Notes: generated from the letters alone by a model not told the origin. Positions 1 to 10,162 are shown, counted from the stretch's first letter. The stretch: DNA of 64,000 nt from Candidatus Cloacimonadales bacterium (GCA_963662585.1 OY759729.1:2624001-2688000); one strand, 5' to 3'. Translations and numbers: made by a program.

Positions 1-868
1 TTGTATTAAAAGGATTGCTTTCATAGGTACCAATAAAGGTAAATTCAATATTATTATGTAATTGGGGAAGGTTATTGAGAGCAGTAATGATGGAATTAAT
101 ATCTTGAGCTTCAGTTAATTTGCCCACATATTTTATTCTGAATTTATCGCTCAATATTTTCTTATGATTGGCAAAATCTGCGGGATCATAGGAGTTGGTA
201 AAAGTTAGCTTATTTCCTTTAGGTAGGCTCTCTTTGATGGAATCTGAAACTATTAGATTAAGGTCGGCTTTTTTTATTACTTTTTTTTCCAAATGTTTAT
301 TAATTAAATAGGATAGTTTATTTTGCTTAGCTAATTTAAGGAAGTAGATGTCTGCCCAGGGATCACGAAAATCAGTAACCCATTTTATCAGGAATTTACT
401 TTTTAGCTTGAGTCCGATAAGCTGACTTGAGTGAGGTGGGGAAGTAGTTAGTACTATTTCATAGCTATTAGCTTTAAGGAGTCTCACAGCCTCTTTATAG
501 GCTTGCTTGTTCCAAATAAACCTAGCGTCTGGGATAATCAAATTAATTCTAATCCAATATAAAATCTTTTTGAGGAGAGTATCTTCTTTATCAGAATTTA
601 AGGAACCGTAGGGAATCCCAGCTTTATCTTTAGTTACTTTCTTATAGAAATTTCCAAAAATAGGTGTTTTAGTTCTTATTACTTTTATGTTATCAGGGAT
701 ATTTTTTTCCAGAGAGTTATCAATAATGGGATAATCTCCCTTTTGAGTAGTCAAGACAGTTATATCCCATCCTTTTGCAGGCAGGTATTTAAGGATTCTA
801 AGCCATCTTTGCACCCCAGCACCTCCACAGGGTGGGAAGTAATAAGTTATTAGGAGAAGGCTTTTCAT
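1..868 (-). CDS. Glycosyltransferase family 4 protein (runs off the window edge)
   Basis: Manual translation from the ATG at 868: MKSLLLITYYFPPCGGAGVQRWL...TTSPPHS...WVTDFRDPW, typical GT4 N-terminal motifs. ATGA overlap with the upstream stop codon. Confidence 0.85.
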   Translation of the reverse strand, partial: MKSLLLITYYFPPCGGAGVQRWLRILKYLPAKGWDITVLTTQKGDYPIIDNSLEKNIPDNIKVIRTKTPIFGNFYKKVTKDKAGIPYGSLNSDKEDTLLKKILYWIRINLIIPDARFIWNKQAYKEAVRLLKANSYEIVLTTSPPHSSQLIGLKLKSKFLIKWVTDFRDPWADIYFLKLAKQNKLSYLINKHLEKKVIKKADLNLIVSDSIKESLPKGNKLTFTNSYDPADFANHKKILSDKFRIKYVGKLTEAQDINSIITALNNLPQLHNNIEFTFIGTYESNPFNT

Positions 869-1971
869 AGCTTTTCTATAACCTCAATAAAAGGAGTCCA
901 AGAATATTTTTCATTTTCGTGGGAAATGTGTTTGAAGCTTTCTTCTAGATTGCCTTTTAGATAGAAATTAATAATAGCTTGGGAGAGAGCTTCAATATCA
1001 TTAGCAGGGACTAAGTATCCAGTTTTCCCTTCTTGAACAACTTCTGGAATACCCCCTACACTTGAAGCAATGACTGGCACCCCAAAAGCATAGCTCAACT
1101 GGATTATTCCACTCTGAGTAGCGTGTTTATAGGGCAGTACGCAGACATCAGCAGATAAGAAGAACTCTTGAACCTCTTCATTTGAAATATATTTATCATG
1201 GAATACTATTTTTTTCTCAAGATTATGTTTCCTAATAATATCTAGGTAGCTTGATTTATCTCCATAAACTTCACCAGCAATAGTTAGTTTGAGATTAGGG
1301 AGTTTTTGCAGAACAGCAGGCATAGCTTCAAGGAGGATATCTAAACCCTTATATTGCTTTATATATCCAAAGAAAAGAAGATTGTTCTGAAGCTCGAAGC
1401 TATGTTTTTCTTGTTTAGCATAGAAGTCGTAAGTAGGATGATTTAATTTGAAAACTTGATTTTGCTTTAGATTAGGCAATAGTTTAAACAGACTTTGAGA
1501 GACATTATCTGACATGGTGATAAAATAATCTGCTTTTTTAAGAGCATACTTGCTAAGCGACTCTCCACCAAGCCATTTTTCATGAAAATCAATGTTATCA
1601 ATGATATAAAGAACTTTGGTTTTATTCTTTTTCTTTATTCTTTTAATTATATAGCCAAAAGCGGGAGCAAAGAAGGGAATCCAATATTTAAGAATTAGAA
1701 TATCTGGTTGATAGGCCTTTATTTCTCTTATCGTTTTAGCAAAAGTAAGAGGATTGTAAGGAATTAAGTGAGATTCAATAGGTAAATCAATTATCATTTC
1801 GCTATTTTCAACTTGTTCTTTACCTGGGAAAAGCAGTTTAGGATATTGTTTTTTAAAAGAAAATATCTTTAGGGTGTGTCCATTTTGCTGTAGTTTTTCA
1901 GCAAGAATAGCGATAAACTGAGCAATCCCTCCTCTTAGGGGGTAGGCAGGACCGAGAAAAGCTATCTTCAT
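865..1971 (-). CDS. Glycosyltransferase family 4 (GT-B)
   Basis: GPAYPLRGGI, FFGYIKQYKG, LPYKHATQSG, PVIASSVGGIPEVV motifs. Confidence 0.92.
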   Translation of the reverse strand: MKIAFLGPAYPLRGGIAQFIAILAEKLQQNGHTLKIFSFKKQYPKLLFPGKEQVENSEMIIDLPIESHLIPYNPLTFAKTIREIKAYQPDILILKYWIPFFAPAFGYIIKRIKKKNKTKVLYIIDNIDFHEKWLGGESLSKYALKKADYFITMSDNVSQSLFKLLPNLKQNQVFKLNHPTYDFYAKQEKHSFELQNNLLFFGYIKQYKGLDILLEAMPAVLQKLPNLKLTIAGEVYGDKSSYLDIIRKHNLEKKIVFHDKYISNEEVQEFFLSADVCVLPYKHATQSGIIQLSYAFGVPVIASSVGGIPEVVQEGKTGYLVPANDIEALSQAIINFYLKGNLEESFKHISHENEKYSWTPFIEVIEKL

Positions 1972-3038
1972 TAAGGCATTCCTACAAGTTTAACAATTTC
2001 TTCAAAGACTGTTTCAACGGCTATTGTTTCCATACAAGCTTCATCACAAGTGTTTTTATAGCAACACTTACATGGCTTATCTGGTTCTAAAATAGTACCT
2101 AAACCATAGAGCTCAAACTCATGTTTATTGAAGATATTATTAAAAAGTACTAACTTCTTTTCTAGAGCAATTGCCACATGCATTGCCATGGTGACTGAAG
2201 TAACTACTAATTCACAACTTTTAATAATAGTAATAAACTCTTCTAAAGGTTTTACTCCAAAGTATAAAGCTCTTCCGCGTGATGATATTCTCATATTCAT
2301 CTCATTTTCAATTTTTCCTCCAAAAACAACAGGGGTGTAACCATTTTTGTTAAGTTTTTTGCAGAGTTTAATCCAATTCTCTTCTCCCCAGAGTCTTGTT
2401 AACCAACGATTTCCGCATCCTGGGTTGAGTCCAATAATCTTCATTGTATTATCAATACCATAGCGATAGATAGGGTTAGGAGGATCTATTATGTATTTCT
2501 CTTTATTATAAGGGTAGCCACATAATTCGATAATTTCTTGAGGATAGCTCTTGGTATTTTCTTTACAGAGGTCATCCCAGAGTCCTGTTTGCCACTTATG
2601 ACAAGCATCTTGGTCTGCAGCTTGGCAGTGTCCCCATTCATCCATAGAGTAGCCTTTTAAGTGATTAGTTTTCACTGTTGTAGCTAAGGCAATAGCTTCT
2701 CTATCTTTATCTAAATTATAGACTATATCGAATTTTCTAGCTTTAAGCCATAAAATATTATCAGTATTCCATTTTAGGATAGAGTTAACATGAGATTTAG
2801 GGACAAACTCAACAGTTTTAGTTATCCAGGTAATATGGGCTTTGGGGAATGATTTTCTAATCAAGTGGAGAATTGGGGTAGTTCTGAGAACATCACCACT
2901 TGCTCCTAGCTTAATAATTAAAATTTGGCTGTCAAACTGTTTGTATTCAGGACAATCACAACAGTGGTAACCCTTTTCTTTATGTGGTTTACAAGGCATA
3001 TCGCCAGTAAAGTAGATGCAATCATTATTTATTTTCAT
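1971..3038 (-). CDS. Glycosyltransferase family 9 (heptosyltransferase-like)
   Basis: IIKLGASGDVLRTTP, GLNPG..W..RLW, T.AMHVAIAL motifs; Cys-rich termini. Confidence 0.88.
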   Translation of the reverse strand: MKINNDCIYFTGDMPCKPHKEKGYHCCDCPEYKQFDSQILIIKLGASGDVLRTTPILHLIRKSFPKAHITWITKTVEFVPKSHVNSILKWNTDNILWLKARKFDIVYNLDKDREAIALATTVKTNHLKGYSMDEWGHCQAADQDACHKWQTGLWDDLCKENTKSYPQEIIELCGYPYNKEKYIIDPPNPIYRYGIDNTMKIIGLNPGCGNRWLTRLWGEENWIKLCKKLNKNGYTPVVFGGKIENEMNMRISSRGRALYFGVKPLEEFITIIKSCELVVTSVTMAMHVAIALEKKLVLFNNIFNKHEFELYGLGTILEPDKPCKCCYKNTCDEACMETIAVETVFEEIVKLVGMP

Positions 3039-3049
3039 ATATTCTCCAT

Positions 3050-6000
3050 TTAGTTAAGTAGGAACTTTTTTGCATCATTAAAACTGATGTATAAAAAAGA
3101 ACGCTTAATTTGGTCTATCAAAGTAGCATATTGGGGCAATGAACTAAGAACTAAGGCATTACCTACAATAATAATTTGCTCTTTAGAACGAGAAAGTGCA
3201 ACATTTAGTTTTCTGTCAACTCTTCTATTTGAAGTGAGTGATTGTAGAAGCTCTAATTGATGATGATAATTTACTGTTAATGAATAGATTATGATATCTC
3301 TTTCCGAGCCCTGATATCTTTCAACAGTATCAATAGTTACTTGGTTTTGGACTATAATATCTGAAGTTGATTCTTTGATTAAGTTGATTTGAGATCTCCA
3401 ATTACAGATAACCCCAACTGTATCAGCTGTTAGTCTGTTATTCCAACAAGAGCTTATTGATGTTAGTAGTTTTGTAAGAACTTGAGCTTCAAGGTGGGAG
3501 ATTTTGCTACTACTTTTATCAGGGATATCAATAAAAATACATCTGCTTTGAGAAAGAATATTTTTGACTATTGGGTCATTACTATTAGCATAATTTTGGA
3601 AGAAAAGGTCAGAGTTCTGTCGCTCCATTTTACTTTTCAACAAATTGTTATAATTTAAATTTATAAGCTCAGCAACATCACTGTGCATCCGAAAGTGATA
3701 AGTTAAAGTATGATAGGCCTGATTCCAGCCTTTAGTTTGGGCATTTAGGAAGAGTCTTTCAAACAAGGATTGACGATAAGTATGAATATTAAGTTTGTTT
3801 AGAAGCTCATCAGTACATTCTTGATTATTTTCGCTTTGAATACTGATAGCTGGTAGTTGGTTCTGGTCACCAATTAGGATAAATCTCTTAAAATTTTTGG
3901 TGATGCCAATAAGCTCAACTTCGATTAACTGGGAAGCTTCATCAATGAAGAGTGTATCAAAAGTGATGATGTTATGCAAAGCTTCCTTATGGGCATGATA
4001 AGAAGCAAGGGTAGAACAGAATATCCTATGCTCACTTATCTCCCTAGAAATATCTTGCAGTTTTTTATCAGAAGTACAGAGATTTGATAAGGTGGAAATA
4101 GAATCATCGTTATTACTTCCTAAGCGTAAGTAATTAAGATTTGCTTGGTTTAGCTTAAGGCATACTTCATCAATAGCTCGATTAGTAAAAGCTAGAATTA
4201 GTACTTTCTCAGAACTTTTATCATTTAGGTAACGGACACAATTTAAGAGGAATGAAGAAGTTTTTCCTGTTCCAGGAGGTCCTTGTAGTAAAAAGTAATC
4301 TTGGGCAGCCAGAGCTTTGGTGATTATCGGATTGAGATATTCATCAGCATCTTGATAGGTAAAATCAGGATTAATTTTTGGTTCAAGCTGACCCAGAAGT
4401 AAATCTCTGTTTAGTTTAGGTGAGAGGATAAACTCGGAAAGAGAAGTCATTAATCCATAAAGATTTGCATCACTAGAGTCTGATTCAATAATCCAGTTAT
4501 TTTCCTGCTCAAAGAGACTTTTATTTATTTCTGCATTTTTAGGAGAAAGTTTAACACATTCTGAATCAATGTGAATTAAACTACATTTTAAAACTTGAGA
4601 AAGAACTTTCTCAGCATATAAATAGAGAATTACCCGATCTCCTTCTCTGAGGCTTAGAGTCTTTTTATCATTTGGTCTTCTAAAGATGAGTAGATTATCT
4701 TCTTGATCAATAAAATGAAGATTTGTTAAAGCTCTTGCATTATCTTCTTTTTCTAGCAGAGTAGAGTTCCACATAGAAGAAAAGCCTGATCTGCTAGCAT
4801 TAATTCCTTTTTGACTAGTGTAAGCTCCAGTCTTTGTTGCCCAAATTTCTCTAAATAGAAAGCTAAGGTAGTTGGTGAAATAACTTTTTTCTTCTAGAGA
4901 AAGATTTCTAACTGCATCTTGAAGCATCAGGAATCTATCTAAACTAAACTTTGGAATCTTAGTCATATCAATATTCTCTAGATATTTTACAATATCAATA
5001 GTTCCTTGGGCAAGAGCTTTAAACTCACTTACAATACAGTTTCTTACCATTAATATATGTTGTTCCATATAAGGGGCAGGAGCAACATTTCGAAGTTCTC
5101 CTTGTTTATCTTGACTGTAGAAAATCATGGAAGACCCGCTTCTGTTTTCTCCATAAAGTGAACTTAATAACATATCATAAACATGTACTTGCACTGCGTG
5201 ATTAACCCAAACACCATATTTTGGTAGGCTTCCACTTTTAAGCTCGAAGATAGAGCGTCGGTTAGGTTCATCTGTTTCATCTTCTAATAAGCCGTCTAAT
5301 CTTCCAAAAAGACCATACTGGGGTGAATAGAAAGTTGGCTCTGTTGTTATTTTTATATCTTTGATTCTTTCACATAAATTTTGTAAATTAGGATAGTGAT
5401 AATTTTTGATTGAATCCATAATGTTTAAGAGATTATTAACTCCTAAACTCAAAGAAGTAAGAATAGAAGAGTGAACACAATCTCTAAATATGCTGGTAAA
5501 ATCTCTCTTACCTGAAGCAATCATAACATCTAACATCTGGTTAACGAAATTACCTGTTACTATGGGAATAGAAATACCAACTTTATCAAAAAGTGAAAGA
5601 AGTGCTATTTTGTGATAAGCAGAGTTATTTTGAAAACATTTAGCTATACTAGTTGCATCCAGCAGGAAATCAGGCTCTAAGATGATTTTTGTATTCGATT
5701 GAGTGAAATAGACATTCTCATCATTAGAATTCTGTTTGATATTATAAAATGATAAATTACAACCCTGCCAAAGTAATTTAGCAATACTCCCTATTTTTTT
5801 GCCATAGACAAAATTATCTTTGCTATTAACAGAATCTTTTAAATCCCAGGCAAGTATCTTAACAACCTCATCACTATCCTGCTCATAGCCAAGAATCTCA
5901 CTCTTAAAGCTATTATCATCTTGCTGGATATGTTCGTAGCTCTCAACTACTAGACATAAACTTGATACTTGGGTATGAGCACCTTTCTTTAGTTTAGAAA

Positions 6001-6403
6001 ATTTTTCTATCTCCAAAGTGGCAAATTCTGCTTCAATGAACTCAATTCTTTGGTCAGTAAATTGTAAGATTAATTGATAAAGATAATAGAACGAACTTTT
6101 TACTCTATTTTGAGAAAAGTCCTTAATCTCATTATGAATAACTTTGTTGAGGAAGATTCTTACCCCATTAAGATTAGCTTGTAAATCACTCTCGATGCTA
6201 TAATACTCATTCGCATAAGTGAATCTACTGTATAGATTAGGAAAAGACTCTTTAAAATCACTGCTTATTTCTTCATAAAATGATTCTAATAGATTTCTTA
6301 ATTTCAATACTTGTAAAGATTTTGCATTTTCTTCAATATTATAAATCTCTTCTAACCAATCAAAATAGTAGGTAATTCTTTCATTACTAAGTACTCTAAC
6401 CAT
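3050..6403 (-). CDS. Dna2-like nuclease-helicase (PD-(D/E)XK nuclease fused to SF1 UPF1/Dna2-type helicase)
   Basis: Nuclease motifs EPTFYSPQYGLFGRLD...FELKSG...HAVQVHVY; helicase motifs QGPPGTGKT, DEASQ, GDQNQL, FRMH, TVERYQGSERD, NVALSR. Confidence 0.88.
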   Translation of the reverse strand: MVRVLSNERITYYFDWLEEIYNIEENAKSLQVLKLRNLLESFYEEISSDFKESFPNLYSRFTYANEYYSIESDLQANLNGVRIFLNKVIHNEIKDFSQNRVKSSFYYLYQLILQFTDQRIEFIEAEFATLEIEKFSKLKKGAHTQVSSLCLVVESYEHIQQDDNSFKSEILGYEQDSDEVVKILAWDLKDSVNSKDNFVYGKKIGSIAKLLWQGCNLSFYNIKQNSNDENVYFTQSNTKIILEPDFLLDATSIAKCFQNNSAYHKIALLSLFDKVGISIPIVTGNFVNQMLDVMIASGKRDFTSIFRDCVHSSILTSLSLGVNNLLNIMDSIKNYHYPNLQNLCERIKDIKITTEPTFYSPQYGLFGRLDGLLEDETDEPNRRSIFELKSGSLPKYGVWVNHAVQVHVYDMLLSSLYGENRSGSSMIFYSQDKQGELRNVAPAPYMEQHILMVRNCIVSEFKALAQGTIDIVKYLENIDMTKIPKFSLDRFLMLQDAVRNLSLEEKSYFTNYLSFLFREIWATKTGAYTSQKGINASRSGFSSMWNSTLLEKEDNARALTNLHFIDQEDNLLIFRRPNDKKTLSLREGDRVILYLYAEKVLSQVLKCSLIHIDSECVKLSPKNAEINKSLFEQENNWIIESDSSDANLYGLMTSLSEFILSPKLNRDLLLGQLEPKINPDFTYQDADEYLNPIITKALAAQDYFLLQGPPGTGKTSSFLLNCVRYLNDKSSEKVLILAFTNRAIDEVCLKLNQANLNYLRLGSNNDDSISTLSNLCTSDKKLQDISREISEHRIFCSTLASYHAHKEALHNIITFDTLFIDEASQLIEVELIGITKNFKRFILIGDQNQLPAISIQSENNQECTDELLNKLNIHTYRQSLFERLFLNAQTKGWNQAYHTLTYHFRMHSDVAELINLNYNNLLKSKMERQNSDLFFQNYANSNDPIVKNILSQSRCIFIDIPDKSSSKISHLEAQVLTKLLTSISSCWNNRLTADTVGVICNWRSQINLIKESTSDIIVQNQVTIDTVERYQGSERDIIIYSLTVNYHHQLELLQSLTSNRRVDRKLNVALSRSKEQIIIVGNALVLSSLPQYATLIDQIKRSFLYISFNDAKKFLLN

Positions 6404-6779
6404 TAATCACTTCCATGTTTATTATTCTTATTGTAATAAATCTGAGATTAGAGATGATTAGTCAATAGATTTTTTTGTGATTGAGAAATAGCTGTGCGAT
6501 TGTATGATTATAGGGCGGTGGAAACAGGGATGCTTCTACTCCATAAATAGCTACACCAAAAAAAGATTGTTGATAAGCCTAGTATTTTAAGCGTATGTAA
6601 AAAGTATCAAGAATTTTACATATTTTAGCTAAATATTAAAGTCGCTATATATTTATCCAAACTCTTCTCTGCGATGTATATAAATACTATTTTGCTTGAG
6701 TTTGAATAAATCTAATAAGCGATCTCTTTTTGTAAAAAGAGACCAAAAACTCAGAGAAGTTGACTTTTTCAATACTCTA

Positions 6780-6808
6780 AAGAGCAGACTGGAGTACAGT
6801 CTGCTCTT
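6780..6808 (-). terminator. Hairpin terminator downstream of tpx
   Basis: 12-bp perfect stem aagagcagactg/cagtctgctctt, 14 nt after the tpx stop; weak U-tract. Confidence 0.65.
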
Positions 6809-6822
6809 GAGTCAAATAAATT

Positions 6823-7323
6823 CTATTTCAAACTAGCTAAAGCTCCATTATAATCAGGTTCTTGAACAATTTCGGGAACCAATTCATTATATATAACTTT
6901 TCCCTCTTCATTAAGAACCACAACGCTACGAGCCATTAATCCAGCCATAGGTCCATCTACTATTTTAACACCATAGGCTTTTGAAAATTCTTCCCCTCTC
7001 ATTTCACTAAGAGTGATAACATTATCTAATCCTTCCGCGCCACAAAATCTAGCTTGAGCAAATGGTAAGTCACGAGAGATACACAATACTACAGTATTTT
7101 CTAGGTTATTAAGTTCAGCATTGAATTTTCTTACTGAAGCTGCACAAACACCAGTATCTAAACTAGGGAAGATGTTAAGAATAACTTTCTTACCTTTATA
7201 ATCACTTAATTTTGCTTCACTTAAATCCTTTTTCACTAAAACAAATTCAGGTGCTAGGACACCTAACTTTGGTAAATTTCCTATTGTATTTATTTCATGT
7301 CCTTGTAATGTAATTTTTGCCAT
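6823..7323 (-). CDS. tpx: Thiol peroxidase (atypical 2-Cys peroxiredoxin)
   Basis: FPSLDTGVC and [13 protein letters not shown] motifs. Confidence 0.96.
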   Translation of the reverse strand: MAKITLQGHEINTIGNLPKLGVLAPEFVLVKKDLSEAKLSDYKGKKVILNIFPSLDTGVCAASVRKFNAELNNLENTVVLCISRDLPFAQARFCGAEGLDNVITLSEMRGEEFSKAYGVKIVDGPMAGLMARSVVVLNEEGKVIYNELVPEIVQEPDYNGALASLK

Positions 7324-7470
7324 TTTTACTACTCCTTTTTTTTACTCTAATTTTATACTTAATATAAATTGTTACAGGGGAATTGCAAATTATTAATTAA
7401 ATAAAATCTGAAAAAGTCACTATAATCAAGTATTTTAATCAGTAAATTAGATCATAACTCTTAGATTTTT

Positions 7471-7590
7471 AATTTATCCTTGTCTGCTCTTTCTCACTCA
7501 ACTAAAATAATTTTTGAGATTTTCTTGAGTTGAGTGAGTAATAAGAGGACGAGAGTATTAGACATTAAGAGGAAAATAAGAGGCTTTAAT
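7471..7590. repeat. Pyrimidine-arm/purine-arm imperfect palindrome (dispersed element, copy 1)
   Basis: ctcactcaact (7493-7503) pairs perfectly with agttgagtgag (7528-7538); core resembles the copy at 46955-47004. Confidence 0.55.
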
Positions 7591-7711
7591 CTGTGATATG
7601 AAAAATTTTAAAGAGAAAAAATCTCAAACTGGACCATTTTGCTAAAAAGTGGGCCCTATAGTATTATGTAGGCCTATGATCAATCAGAAAATAAGAAAGG
7701 AGTAAAAAAAA

Positions 7712-8179
7712 GTGAAAGTAAAATTTAATTTTGGAATAAAAAGTTATTCAGGAAGAATAGATGATATAATTTTCGCGAATTTTGCAGATAAGTCGGTAGT
7801 TTTGGCAAGAAAGTTACCACTTAAGAGAAAGCTTACTGAACAGAACAAAGTTTTTAGAGAGAGAATGAAGCGAATAAGCACTTTATACTCTGTAATTTCA
7901 GAAGGCTATAAAAATGATCTAACTGCTTATTGCAGGGAAATGAATAGGTTAGAAAAATACAAAAATCAGTTAGATATTGGCCGATTTGGAATATTTACTA
8001 AAATGCTATGGGCCGCATATAATGATAGTCAAAACCCCTTATCTCTAGATGATTTATCCCCGGATAATCTGATAATAGGAGTTTATTCTCAGATTAATAC
8101 TGTTAGTACTGCTATAGAAAATGGTTATCTTCCAAGAGTTAAGGGTAGTAGAAAATTCATAAATAATATTGTCTCGTAA
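7712..8179 (+). CDS. Hypothetical basic protein
   Basis: 155-aa ORF, GTG start with aaggag RBS; no recognised catalytic motif. Confidence 0.75.
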   Translation: MKVKFNFGIKSYSGRIDDIIFANFADKSVVLARKLPLKRKLTEQNKVFRERMKRISTLYSVISEGYKNDLTAYCREMNRLEKYKNQLDIGRFGIFTKMLWAAYNDSQNPLSLDDLSPDNLIIGVYSQINTVSTAIENGYLPRVKGSRKFINNIVS

Positions 8180-8294
8180 GAAAAATACACATAAATTCTT
8201 CCTTTGGGCTATGTTTATTCTAAGAAGGATTTTTATTATTGACACTTAAGCTATCTATATTTTAATGAAAAGATAAAATTTGGAGTAGAAGAAA

Positions 8295-9818
8295 TTGAAA
8301 AAAATAATATATTTAATGCTCGTAGTAACTATCATAAGTGGTTGTAGTACATTTGTTAATCTTATTGAAGAAGATCATTCTTCTTTTAATTTAGTAGAAT
8401 CTTCCATAAGGACTAGTGATAATTCTTCTTATGAAGAAGAAGCTATAACAGTTGAAGAGTGTGAAGATGAAAGAGAAATTAATAACTTAGAACTAAACCA
8501 AAAACTATATAATTATCAAACAACAATAGACTCATTATATCGTGAGTTAGCAGATAAAGATGCCCACATTGATTCTTTGATTTTTGAGATAAGTAGATTA
8601 AAAGATAATATAATTATCACAGATGTAGGCTTCCCTTCTGAGATTGAATTTGCAGGACAGATCATTGATCTTTCGATAGAGAGGAATTTAGAGAGATTTG
8701 AAAAAGCTTATAATAGTGAATTAAAGTCTGCAGTCCGCTATATGCCTCGTTCAGGGCGCTATTTTGCTTTAATGGATTCTATCTTTACTCAAGCAGGTGT
8801 GCCTGTTGATACCAAGTACTTGGCTATTGCTGAGAGTAGATTAAGTTATCGTGCTCACTCTCCTATGGGGGCTGATGGGGTTTGGCAAATTATGCCAAAT
8901 ACAGGAAAGCACTACAAAATGCAGATTAATGATTTTGTGGACGAAAGACGAGATATTTATAAATCTACTGAAATTGCAGCTCGACTTTTAAATGATACAT
9001 ATCGTTATTTCTCTAATAAAGGTGCTGAAGATTGGTTGTTAGCTTATTGTGCATATAATGCCGGTATGGGTAATGTTAATAAGGTTCTACAAGCTCAAGG
9101 TGGTAGCAAATTTACTGATTTAATTTTCAAAACCCAAGAGACTAATGAATATGTTTGGAAAGCTATTGCTATCAAATATATTTTTGATAATGAAGAGAAA
9201 ATATTTGCTAAGAAGTTTGAGAGAGAAAAAGATATTCTCGAGGAAACAAAAGTTGTGCAAGTTACTCTTAATGGTCATTATAAGTTAGATGAGTGGGCAA
9301 AAGCTCAAGGAACAAATATTGGCACTGTTTATGAATTAAATCCCTGGATTAAGATCTATCGTCAAAGCAGACAGAAATATTCCGCAATTAATGATGTAGT
9401 ATTACCTGCAGGAAACCATAATATTCTTCTTCCTAGGGATGCTATTTCTGATACTGTAAAGGTTGCAGAACTTGAAAAACAGTTCTTAAATAAAAATGCT
9501 GGTTACTTTACTCATCATACTGTTAAAAAAGGTGATAATCTTTACGATATAGCAAGAAAATATAAAACAACTGTTAGCAAGATTAAACAACTTAATGGTA
9601 TGAACTCCAATATGATTCGCCCAGGTCAGAAACTAAAACTATATGGTAATGCTTCAAGCAATGGGGATGGTCTTTATACTGTCCAAAAAGGTGATTCTAT
9701 TAGCAGTATAAGCTCTAAACTCAAAGTGAAACAAAAAACTCTAATTAGCAAGAATAATTTGCAGAAAAATAAAAGTGGAGTAATTTTAATATATCCAGGA
9801 CAAAAATTAACTTACTAA
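8295..9818 (+). CDS. MltD-like lytic transglycosylase lipoprotein with LysM domains
   Basis: Lipobox ISGC; SLT motifs AIAES, GADGVWQIM, AYNAG; LysM repeats HTVKKGDNLY and YTVQKGDSI. Confidence 0.9.
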   Translation: MKKIIYLMLVVTIISGCSTFVNLIEEDHSSFNLVESSIRTSDNSSYEEEAITVEECEDEREINNLELNQKLYNYQTTIDSLYRELADKDAHIDSLIFEISRLKDNIIITDVGFPSEIEFAGQIIDLSIERNLERFEKAYNSELKSAVRYMPRSGRYFALMDSIFTQAGVPVDTKYLAIAESRLSYRAHSPMGADGVWQIMPNTGKHYKMQINDFVDERRDIYKSTEIAARLLNDTYRYFSNKGAEDWLLAYCAYNAGMGNVNKVLQAQGGSKFTDLIFKTQETNEYVWKAIAIKYIFDNEEKIFAKKFEREKDILEETKVVQVTLNGHYKLDEWAKAQGTNIGTVYELNPWIKIYRQSRQKYSAINDVVLPAGNHNILLPRDAISDTVKVAELEKQFLNKNAGYFTHHTVKKGDNLYDIARKYKTTVSKIKQLNGMNSNMIRPGQKLKLYGNASSNGDGLYTVQKGDSISSISSKLKVKQKTLISKNNLQKNKSGVILIYPGQKLTY

Positions 9819-9832
9819 ATAAAATAGATTTT

Positions 9833-9848
9833 TGGAAATTAAATTGCA
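9833..9848 (+). promoter_or_regulatory. Putative sigma-54 (-24/-12) promoter of the RRE/ATP-grasp operon
   Basis: TGGAAA-TTAAA-TTGCA with GG-N10-GC spacing, in the 83-bp gap upstream of 9902. Confidence 0.5.
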
Positions 9849-9901
9849 GGATAGCATGAGGTCAATAGTCTTAAATAAAAAATAACCAAAGAAGGTTCAC
9901 T

Positions 9902-10162
9902 ATGAAACGAGAAAAACTAACAGATTTAGCAATAAATCAAAGCGGGTTTATATTCGACCCAGCAACAGGTTATAGTTACAATGCAAATGAGACAGCAATT
10001 CAGATCATTAATCAACTTATAGATGGTATTGAAGTGGAGCAGATTGTGGCTCAGCTTACTGAAGAGTATGAAGTAGCCAGAGATGAAGCATTATCTGATG
10101 TTGAATATTTTTTAAGAGTTTTAGAAAACTACCATTTAGTGGAAAGACAAAATGTCTATTAA
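9902..10162 (+). CDS. Stand-alone PqqD-family protein / RiPP recognition element (RRE)
   Basis: 86 aa: GFIFDPATGYSYNANETA..I...L...LTEEYEV...A.SDV..FL..L, the three-strand plus three-helix PqqD pattern. Confidence 0.85.
   Translation: MKREKLTDLAINQSGFIFDPATGYSYNANETAIQIINQLIDGIEVEQIVAQLTEEYEVARDEALSDVEYFLRVLENYHLVERQNVY

Noticed and set aside
9819..9901. Free RiPP precursor ORF near the RRE
   Set aside because: No convincing small ORF with an RBS here or in 14746-14870; a distant precursor elsewhere in the genome cannot be excluded.
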